Made by a program: the position numbers and the translations under genes. DNA of 64,000 nt from Strigamia acuminata (Eukaryota), in NCBI GenBank assembly GCA_949358305.1, contig OX442314.1:22010001-22074000 (forward strand). The letters are read 5' to 3'. Each line of letters starts with the position of its first letter. Positions within the stretch are counted from its first letter, which is position 1. Below the pieces are notes generated by a model. The model saw only the letters and a program-made list of their open reading frames with translations. It was not told where the DNA came from and did no database searches. This document shows positions 13,874-24,208 of the stretch, piece by piece.

Positions 13874-16787
13874 TTTGTGCACGTTGTGTTGTTACTAAGA
13901 GAAACGAAAATTAGATTTCGTAGTTACGAAATATAAAAATATATGAATCAGTTTAAAATTAATTTAACTTTTGTAATATTATTATACAGGTTATATATGT
14001 TCTCAAAACATAATAAAATTAGATTAATAAGCCGTCAAAGAAGTAAAATTATTAAAATTGTTTTTATGACGTCAGAAAATGTCATAGTTTGTAAAAGACA
14101 TCACCACCTCTTAGTCACCGCGTTGACCACAATGTTTCCAAGAGATCGGGTAAGTGGAAAAGGAGGGATTGAGCGGGCTCAAGATCTAAATTGTACCATG
14201 GAATGAATTATGCTTCGAAAAAACAGCAGAAGAGCAGCAGGATAAAATTTGAATTGTGAAATGTTATGAAGAGGCTTGCTACCACCTTAAAAAATTAATT
14301 AGTAAGTGAAAAAAATGGATTACATAAACAAAAATTCAACCCAAATCTTAGTGCAAACATTAGGCTTAAGGAACAACTGTCATTACAATAAAAACATTGA
14401 ACTAAACCTCAATTAAATGAAACAAAAAATGCATAAATCAAATTTACAAAAAATCTAAACCATTACTCACAACTAATTGCCTCTCACCTTAATTTTCCAC
14501 GCCTAAATTCTCAAAGGCCAAACAAATTTCAGAGTTTTAAATAACTGTGATGGTGAAAGGTATGCAGGTAATAAAAGATTAATTAAAAAAGGAAATATTT
14601 GCTTGTGTAAAAAGATTGAGGCAGGTGCAATTGGCATTTCCACAAATAAACAGGTGGTCTAAAAAGGAAAGAAGAGCTTGAGTAGAAAGGGAAAAATACA
14701 TGATCACAACTCACCAGAATGTTTGCATGAAGGAATACATGTTATTTCCTATGCTATTGATTCCATGCAGTAGAAGGATAAAAGGGATCTTAAAGGAACA
14801 TGAATGATTTGTGCTTAACCTGTTGGAAATCGTGAGTTAATGTTTGTGCCTTTTTAAAAGGTGAATGCCGTACAATATTGGAAATTCTAAGTTAAAATAT
14901 CCAATTTTTAAGACATTCACATTTTTTTTTAAAGAAAAAACAGTTTATTTCACAAACTTGACAAAAATGGCTGATATCGGAAAATTATGGTATGGGTCAT
15001 GATGAGTTAGTGTTATTTAAATATTATTTGATGGGTAAGTTTTAAGTTAACAACATTTATTGCCAAGATTATAGAAAATTTGATTTCTAAATTTATTTAA
15101 GCAAAAAAAAATGATGATGATAATAGTTATTACGTAATTTTAGTTGCGTGGTTTTTATTACGCTTTTGTGTGGTGGATTCCATGCAGAATTTAATTAACA
15201 GCTTGGATTTTGAATGATGCACATTTCTCGTGTGCATTGTTTGCGTTTTAATGTTGATTAGGCAAACGTGTCTGTTTCGAGAAATGCCACAATAAATATT
15301 TGAGTAATATTTCGCCATGAAATATTGTAAAACGATTTAATACTGTGATGAATGTGGATGATAAATGGCACCATCAATAGGGATATTTTAGCAAATGTTA
15401 GTCAAATTGCTTCCGTTAAGGGCGAGTGCAGCTGTAGAAATAAATGTTGGGTAATGTAAAATAATCCGCTGCAAAAAGTAGTTATTTTCCACTCTAAAAA
15501 ATTTACTTCTTGCAAAAAAAAAATTATTTTTCTACTTGCATCTCACTTATCGCATCACACTTTTTCATGCGAAAATGATGTTTGTACCGTTAACTCGTTG
15601 TTCACTTTCGCCTCGCTCACGATTTTGTTGGGGCGGAGCACTCAGAAAAGGACGATTTACGTGAATACTTTAAGTGAGATATGGAAAACTGGAAATATAA
15701 ATTCGGTTATAAAAATATTTTACTGATAGCTAATTACAATAATTATGAAAATTACAGAAATAGTAAAATAACTACTTTATTTTCTTGAACATTAATTAAG
15801 GGGACCGACTGATATTCCTCAATTTTTTTTTTCTTTTATTTTATAATGAATTTTACGAATACTTTTTCAATTATTAGAAGGATTATTTAATATTTCTAGC
15901 ATAAAAGACTGCTTTTTGGAGCACACTACACGGTTGTGTAGCTTTTTGCACAAGGAGGCGTATTGTTTACAGTTAAAACCTGTTCATATAAAGAAAAATG
16001 TGATTGCACTTGGAAAACTAAGATTGTGCACACGTGCCAGTGCGCACAATCACGGAAGGAAAAAATGACGAGCCATGGCTAGCAATGTGTTGTAATTAGC
16101 TATGGTTAAATAAAAATAGTTGACAATTCAAAACATCAGTAAAACTTTTACCATCCATCATGAAAGTGAGCTAAAATGCATAATGCAGTCCACAGAGCAA
16201 TTTTCTACGGATTTGAAGCAATCTGACAAACCTTCACCATTTATCATGAAACTGTTCAGACAACTCCTGCTTGACACTTATTTCATTCCAGAAAAAAAAC
16301 ACTAGCTGCATTCAAAAAGTTGTTATATAATTGTTATCGATGTTTGTGTTTTTGTTTTTTGATGTTAAAAGATACAAAAACAAACAGTCAAACATCAAAA
16401 AAACTTAAAACACGACTTTTTGTATTTTTTACCATTAGAAAACAAGAACATAAACACCTTAATACATTCGTGACACGACGTTTTGCAGCTAGTGCTTTAA
16501 GTTGTGGTCCATGAGCAAGAGGCTGATGATCCATCACTTTACTATTGAAACGCAAAGATTGTATAGGCTTAGTAGAGCAATATTAGGTTACCGGTCCATA
16601 ACACTTGGGACAAAAAGTACCGGTTTGCTACATTACATAGTTTGAGAAGCGCTGCTTTAAGTGAAATCAGCGCTAAGTGAGTGTTTGTAAAATTTACATT
16701 TCAATTACAAGAACGATACAGCGAGGTGTGATAGCCTGATAATGAAATCAGGTTATACTGTAGGGATAGTATTGTAACAAACGAGTG

Positions 16788-17016
16788 TACCGTATTTTAT
16801 CGATTAAGAGCCACGGCTTTTATTCAAAACTGCCATTTTTGTCAGCAATTACAATTTGAAGGTCTCGAACGAAGCGTACGTTCATCGTTCATGAGGTTAA
16901 ATGCGGAAACTATACTGTACTTTTGCAAAAATACGGTATTCTTGGTGTCTCAGCCGCGGCTCCTATTCGATGGTGGCTACAATTCGAGAGCGACTCTTAA
17001 TCGGTAAAATACGGTA
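16788..17016. mobile_element. MITE family A (TA|CCGTATTTTATCGATTAAGAG ends), copy 1
   Basis: Inverted ends TACCGTATTTTATCGATTAAGAG / CTCTTAATCGGTAAAATACGGTA; internal sequence shared with 38450-38706. Confidence 0.85.
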
Positions 17017-18730
17017 TATCGGCCTGCTCATTTTCGTAAAAAACGGCCCATTTATGGAGAAAATCTGTCGATTTTCATGTATAAATCGGCCCATTTTAAT
17101 TCATTTGGGCAGTCGGCCTTCGGGGAATGCCCGAGCACCCAATCTGTCCATTATGTGGAACGACTAATGTTATTTTTTCAACCCCCCATTGCGTCATTGT
17201 CAATTTCTATATTAAAAAAAAAATCATTACATAATGCATGTCAGCATGTCCACAAAGCACATGAAAAATTCAAACCTAAGAACAACAGAAAATGAGAAAT
17301 TTTGATTTGTTTCTGTGAGTGCTTTTTCCTCTCGGCAAGATATTTTCGACAAACCCTTGTATTATTAATGAAATGTGATTTGAGCTGCTTGATTGGATTT
17401 TTTTTTGTGTTTATTTATTCATTTTTTATTGTTTTTTTTTTTTATGACCGACTTCCCTTTATTATTATAAATGGAAAAGTCCCAGGTAAGTTTCCTCTCA
17501 TCACTGTCGCCTTGACCACCCATTGATAAACATACACACGTGTTGAGCGAATTCATTTTTGTCAGGTCGAGGGCTGCTCAAGTGGGTATGAAAACAAATG
17601 AGTGTCACGAAGACGACAAATGACATGGAATGGTCTTACAACAGGTAAAAACCTAAAGATATAAGAGAAAAAACAATGTTTTTAATAAGAAAAAGATGCG
17701 ATTTTTAATCATTATTGATGCACAACACAATAATTTATCTCATCACTGATAACTGATACACATGTTTGCCATATGCTGATATTTGTTGCAATCTTTTATG
17801 TTTTAAGATTTAGTTTGAAATGATTAGTGAAATGTTAGGCTTATTTTGTTTGTACGCGGTGACCATAGCAACATATATTGTAGTTTGGCTTTACAGCTGG
17901 TGCGGGGTTGACATTGGTTGCGAATATTAGTCACAATCAATGTCAAGAGGAAGGTGAGGTGAGCAAAAAAGTGAAATGAAAATGAAAATCCATTTTTATT
18001 TGTGTATGTAGCAAACACCTGCACTGTGCTTTTATATGGGGACATTAAGAGGATGATGGGAGTATTGATTTTGACAGCTGTAGTAGATGAAGAGCAGCAA
18101 TGACAAGTTTGTGTGTTGTATGGATGCATGGGGTTTTTAATTATCCTCTGCAAAATAGCGTTCACTGACCTCGGAGCAGTATTGATTTTTGGTCAAAGTG
18201 GGCAAGATAGCAATCCTCTGTTCTTGTCTGTGAGATTTTTAATAACTGGGAGCTTTACAAGCATGTAATGCTCTTAGTTTATGCCATAGTTGGGTGTAAA
18301 TTGAATGCCAAGGTTTTGGAATTTATAACTTGTTCTTCTGGTTAAAGTTGGGTCTCTGGAGAAGTGCGGGAAGTTGCAAATGCTGGAAATTAGTCTTTGA
18401 TTAATCCCTAGCCGGTATTGAAATATTAATGGCTTGCTACCTCATTGGGGATTTTGTATGTAGTCGTGAGTCGAGTTCTCTTGTAAGGGTGAAATTGGCA
18501 ATTCATCTTGAGGGGTTTTATAGATGATGAAATAGTCATGGCTTAATCATCAACTAAGCCGGTAGAACCTGATGAGGTGTTAAAACGAAACTAGGTGTTA
18601 GTTGGGGCTGATTTTAAGATTAATGGGGCTTTGAATATAGAGGATTACTTGTGATTTTGGATACTTTGAGGATATTAGTAGCGGAAACTGTTAAGGGTAA
18701 AAATTTACTAGGTTGCAGAAGAGTAAAGGG

Positions 18731-19685
18731 TACGGAAATGCTCTGATAGAACACCCAGGCTCTATTGACAGAACTGAGATTTAAATATTGAATTCAATCA
18801 GTTTGGTCAATTTAGACATTTATTTTAGTCGTTTTGTTCAATTTAGACATTTATTTTAGTCGTTTTGTTCAATTTAGACATTTATTTTAGTCGTTTTGTT
18901 CAATTTAGACATTTATTTTAGTCGTTTTGTTCAATTTAGACATTTATTTTAGTCGTTTTGTTCAATTTAGACATTTATTTTAGTCGTTTTGTTCAATTTA
19001 GACATTTATTTTAGTCGTTTTGTTCAATTTAGACATTTATTTTAGTCGTTTTGTTCAATTTAGACATTTATTTTAGTCGTTTTGTTCAATTTAGACATTT
19101 ATTTTAGTCGTTTTGTTCAATTTAGACATTTATTTTAGTCGTTTTGTTCAATTTAGACATTTATTTTAGTCGTTTTGTTCAATTTAGACATTTATTTTAG
19201 TCGTTTTGTTCAATTTAGACATTTATTTTAGTCGTTTTGTTCAATTTAGACATTTATTTTAGTCGTTTTGTTCAATTTAGACATTTATTTTAGTCGTTTT
19301 GTTCAATTTAGACATTTATTTTAGTCGTTTTGTTCAATTTAGACATTTATTTTAGTCGTTTTGTTCAATTTAGACATTTATTTTAGTCGTTTTGTTCAAT
19401 TTAGACATTTATTTTAGTCGTTTTGTTCAATTTAGACATTTATTTTAGTCGTTTTGTTCAATTTAGACATTTATTTTAGTCGTTTTGTTCAATTTAGACA
19501 TTTATTTTAGTCGTTTTGTTCAATTTAGACATTTATTTTAGTCGTTTTGTTCAATTTAGACATTTATTTTAGTCGTTTTGTTCAATTTAGGTATTGAATT
19601 CAGTACTTTTGGTAAATTTAGACCCGCGTTGTAAAAGATACGGCGTTCAATTAGCATCTCGCGCTCAATGAGAGCATTTACGGTA
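18731..19685. mobile_element. MITE-like element hosting a minisatellite
   Basis: Ends TACGGAAATGCTCT / AGAGCATTTACGGTA. The reverse complement of the right end recurs at 49667-49711. Confidence 0.6.
18808..19590. repeat. Perfect tandem minisatellite, 31-bp unit x25 plus 8 bp
   Basis: Unit CAATTTAGACATTTATTTTAGTCGTTTTGTT repeated head-to-tail with no spacers; (19583-18808)/31 = 25. Confidence 0.98.
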
Positions 19686-20889
19686 CCTACAAATCTGTGC
19701 TTGATATCTTGAAGCGAAAATCAAACACTAAATTTCATTTTTTGCACACGACAACACAAAAGTCTAAAATTGTTTATTGCACACGAGTGGCATTCATTAC
19801 CTGTTATGATTTCTAAAAATAAAAATAATGTATTTGTTGCTTTATGTATGTTCTTCAGACTGAGATTATTCAGTTTGATTTTGGTATCAAAACAGTTGTT
19901 ACCATATACAGCCGTGCTTTGCGGAAAGTTTTGCCGAATGAAACCAAAGTTTAGACAGTTTTGTTTTGTTTGCAGCATGGCTTAAACACGAATTAACATG
20001 CACTGTTCTGTTGTATAAATGAATAGGTGTAATGAATGGTTTATTGCAAAGTACTGGCGAGACGTACAGTATAGTATATGATAAGAGGGAGGTTCTAAAG
20101 AATTGTTATTGTGTGCCATGTTTATGTTGACCTCTACTTTATATCTTTAGAAGTTGTAGAAGGGACAACTAGTTAATAAAGGGTCCTCTAGTCGAATGGG
20201 GCGATAAAGCGGACAAAGGACAGCTGTAGTATATAGTGGTCATATGGAGATGATATGTTGCCTTATCTTGGTACACAACGCCGTTTGTGGCTCTGGTTTT
20301 ATTTGTGACGTGCATTTGCCGGGGAACCGAAATCTCTTGCTTATTTATAGAAATGGTTTGTGGGTGTCTTGTTGCTACTTGGCAGAGATGTTTCACTTTG
20401 AAGAACCGAAGCCTGGTTAAACCCAAACACCAGTGCTTGAATGGATTTGCACGTTGCGCTGAAGCAGCGGGTTTGAAGGCTCTACAATATATTGCCTTGT
20501 TTACACATAAATAAAACTGATTTCTGCTACAAAGTCCTATTTTCTTCGAACATCGAAGCAAGGAAAATACTTAGGGTTTTATGGTATTTTATATTGGTGT
20601 GTTATTTCGTGATGTAGGTATCAAGACCATGGTCTGTGGGCAGGGCCGGCGACGTATGCGATTTTTTGTGCGCTTTGTGGTTCATTGTTTTGGATGCACG
20701 ACAACTAAAATCGGTCATTTTGCGACCGTTCAGTAGTCGGTGCCCATGTGATTAAAAAAATACATAAGCTGCATTCAAAAATTAAAATATTTTGTGTTTT
20801 ACTTCAATTTTAAAACAAAATTGATGTCCCAGTCCCAGTGATGTAATCTGTAACCCAAAGATGTGACCAATGATGTCATAAATAAGTAA

Positions 20890-21077
20890 TACAGTCGAAA
20901 CTCTTTATAACGAATCGCGATATAACGAATTATCGATATAACGAATACCTAAAGGTGGCTGGTTTGGTTGGCTAGCCATAGAACACCATGTTAAATAATT
21001 TCAATGTAACAAATTCTCGTTGTAACGAATCGATTTTTCGGGTCCCTTGCGATTCGTTATAAAGAGTTTCGACTGTA
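20890..21077. mobile_element. pogo/Tigger-like MITE
   Basis: TA|CAGTCGAAACTCTTTATAACGAATCGC ... GCGATTCGTTATAAAGAGTTTCGACTG|TA; internal TAACGAAT sub-repeats. Confidence 0.88.
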
Positions 21078-21426
21078 TATGTATGAATGCATTATATTGT
21101 AAAATATATTTTAAAACTGTATGGGCGACCTTCTCGCAGCCATTTTTATTGGGTCATGTTTGTTGAGCTAAATTAACATTATAAAATTTTTGATGAAATT
21201 TAGATTTTTTAAAAAATATTTTGACAAATTTGTGACATTTTTGAAGGCATATAGGGAATGTCGAATGCTGTCAGTGGTATGCGGTTTGCTTAATAGATGG
21301 CGCATAGTTTGAGCGAAGCGGTTAAATTTGTTCAGTTTAGAAGTTTAATTTTAAATTTTCTAGGCAAATTTCGAGCAAATTGTTTACTGGATTAAAATAA
21401 ATAACTAATTTGTTTGTTTTGACAGA

Positions 21427-21522
21427 ATGAGTGCACCAATGGCATCGAAAGGAAACGGGGTACCGGAAGATGAGTTGTCAAAATCAGCCGGAAACCTACG
21501 ACTACAAAAGATAGAAAGACAG
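21427..21522 (+). CDS. TUB: Tubby-family protein (TUB/TULP3/king tubby), first coding exon
   Basis: Acceptor TTGTTTTGACAG|A ATG; encodes MSAPMASKGNGVPEDELSKSAGNLRLQKIERQ, then donor CAG|GTTAGT in phase 0. Matches the Tubby N-terminal NLRQQKLDRQ motif. Confidence 0.85.
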
Positions 21523-22755
21523 GTTAGTTTGACCCGAGCTTGTCATTTGCATTTGTTTGTCTGTGCGCAGTCGCAAATGAAGTGTTTTAACATCACAATT
21601 CGAGATCAAATTGAACCTGTGGTGTTATTGTCGCTGATAAGAGGTAATGCATGTGTCACACTAAATTGGATTTGTGTCGGAAGCCGGCAAGACAAGCAAG
21701 TGTAATTGCTTTTGATACTAACTCGTATGATTTAGAGCTAATCCAACCCAATTTTGCTCAAACGAAATACAAAGTTTTCTTGCAGTCCACGTAAACTCTC
21801 ACGGGTTTGTATTACAATTTCCATACAAGAAAATTGTGCAGTGGCATTAAGGGAATGAAATTTTTTTTTTCTTTTTTCTTTTTTCTTTTTTTTGGGGGGG
21901 AATAAGAAGCAAACGAGAGAAAAGGAATGAAAAAAAAACGGAATTGTCAGATACTCGAGGAAAGAAAGTTGGTGCAGTTCAATTTGAATATCGTCCGCCT
22001 GCCAAGGACATTAGACTGAAAGTTCTGTTCCTGTCATTGCCTATTTTCCATTCTTCTCTACGCAATGGAAAGATGAGGCGAGAGAGAGAGAGAGAGAGAG
22101 AGAGAATGGAAATTGATGGTAAAGGTGGTGGAGTGTGTCATTACTATCAGCTGCAGCTATCTTGGACTGAGAAAAGGGAAATTTTGTTCTTTGCTTGCTG
22201 CTGTTTTTAAGAAGGTGTGAAGGATCCATCAGAGATGCGGAATGTGGCGCGTAAAAATTCCTAAAGGAGGCGGCGTGTTTTTGTTTGGTTAGTCGTTTTC
22301 TCCACCTTGAGGCTGCAGATGAAAGCGAGAAACGTGTTCTGCTGGATTTCCTTTGCTTCGGAGTCGTCAGACAGATGGAGAGATGTATTGACATGTACCG
22401 CGTGTAATGTATTGGTTCAGTGGCGGTGAGGAAGAGTGGCTGAGATATGGTTGTAGGGGAACTTTGCTGCTTGCCATCTGGTGTTGGAAGGCGGAGTTTT
22501 GAAGGCAGAGGAAGTGTTGTGGAGTAAATAGTCTTTTTCTTTTCTTCTTTTTGTTTGCGTTGTGCTTTGGAGGCGTTGTTTGTAGTGGGAATAGGGAAAA
22601 CAGTCGTGGTTTTGGTGGATTGGATGTTAGAAAGTTGGTCATTTAAAAAAAAAGGGTTTGGAAACGTGGATTTTATTTTGGAGTTGAAAAATGAGGATTT
22701 TGTTTAAATGGAGTAATGGTAATCAAATATTTGGGTTTTAAATTTGAAATTTTAG

Positions 22756-23078
22756 TACCGTATTTTACCGATTAAGAGTTGTCCTCGAATTGTAGCCGCC
22801 CTCAAATAAGAGCCGCGACTGAGAGAGGCGATTTGATATAAGAGCGGCCCTCGAATAATAGCCGGCTAGGTTAGTGTAACTAGTGTAACGAGAAACGAAT
22901 CAAATGAGAACCAAAATTTGCGTTTTTTATTATGAACGTAGAGCAAACATAACATTGATATCGACCATTATTTGAAATAAGAGCCACCCTCAATTTAGAA
23001 CCGCACTCCATTAATAGCCGTGGCTGAAAGTGGCCGTTTTGAATAAGAGCCATGGCTCTTAATCGCAAAAATGCGGTA
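22756..23078. mobile_element. MITE family A, copy 2
   Basis: TACCGTATTTTACCGATTAAGAG ... CTCTTAATCGCAAAAATGCGGTA. Confidence 0.8.
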
Positions 23079-23267
23079 TTTTTTTTAAAATTTGGCGATC
23101 AGTTATTTTAAACTATATTGATGGTTTATTTATAATTATATATTTATAATATATTTATTATAATTATATATTTATAATATATTTATTATAATTATTCTAA
23201 TAAATCAAAATTTAAACTTAAAATACACTTAAACTAAAATTGTATTTTTATTTTTGAATACAGCTAC

Positions 23268-23422
23268 TAGGTGCATTCAATAAGTCTAAAACGTATGCAA
23301 AACTCGTTTCGTGTTTGCAGGTGACGTCATTCCCATTCCCATTGAATAACATGTTATTCAATAAGAATGACGTCACGTGCAAACACGAAACGAGTTTTGC
23401 ATAGACTTATTGAATGCACCTA
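23268..23422. mobile_element. Fold-back (near-palindromic) MITE
   Basis: TAGGTGCATTCAATAAGTCTA...TATGCAAAACTCGTTTCGTGTTTGCA ... TGCAAACACGAAACGAGTTTTGCATAGACTTATTGAATGCACCTA; related ends near 50116 and 52176. Confidence 0.75.
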
Positions 23423-23457
23423 CTGTTTTCTGGGTAAGTGTCTACTGTTTTATATTT

Positions 23458-24067
23458 TGTCGTAACCTTGATTCCGGTAAATAAACTTACACAATATCTT
23501 ACAATAATAACCTTTTATTTCACACTTGTAATATAATACAAATATACTTAACAATGTTGTGGTCTCGGATCCTTGTCGGCGGATACGATTTGTTGCTGCA
23601 CGGCAGTCTTACACGTGGTTTCTGTTGTCTAGGGTAATGGCGTCTGGCGAAACACGTGTTCGCAAACGCTTCGCTTCGGTAGATATTACTATCGTAGTAT
23701 TGCTACGATAAATATCTGTGACTGTGATTTATAGATGAATTTGGCAACGGGCATCGATCCTCTATCAATCCGGTAAAACGGCCTGACGGTGAGGTGGTGA
23801 TGCTAATGTTGCTCTGGTATCTATAAAGTGGGGGTTTCCGGTCAGATACGGGTTTAAATAGTGGCTGGACCGGAAATGACGTATTTGCATAAATTCGGGG
23901 AATTATGCAAATCTATGACGTTGTCACGTCAGTCCCGCAGAAACGGTAAAACTAGTATAGCTAGTTTTCCCGCAATAATCTGACAATCATTTTACTATCA
24001 ATATTAAAATTACTATTTATTAAGTTATGATTAATTAAAACACTTTTGTGACCTCGTGGTCACCACA
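23458..24067 (-). repeat. 3' LTR (610 bp)
   Basis: TGTCGTAACC...GGTCACCACA on +; same length as 34245-34854 and no differences found by eye. Confidence 0.97.
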
Positions 24068-24082
24068 CGTCCCCTCCTCAGC
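24068..24082 (-). other. Polypurine tract (plus-strand primer)
   Basis: The - strand reads GCTGAGGAGGGGACG immediately before the TG of the 3' LTR. Confidence 0.85.
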
Positions 24083-24208
24083 AATGTTGTTGGGGGATTT
24101 ACAATAAAACAACAAACATTGCGAAAACTCAAAGTTAGATTTAGTTCGCTTCCTTTTCAGATGATCCCTGAGGAACGTCCGGAGGCGGAGGTGGAGGTAA
24201 TTCTTCGG

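Noticed and set aside
18808..19590. CRISPR-like array (31-bp repeats)
   Set aside because: Units are head-to-tail with no unique spacers, there are no cas genes, and the context is eukaryotic.
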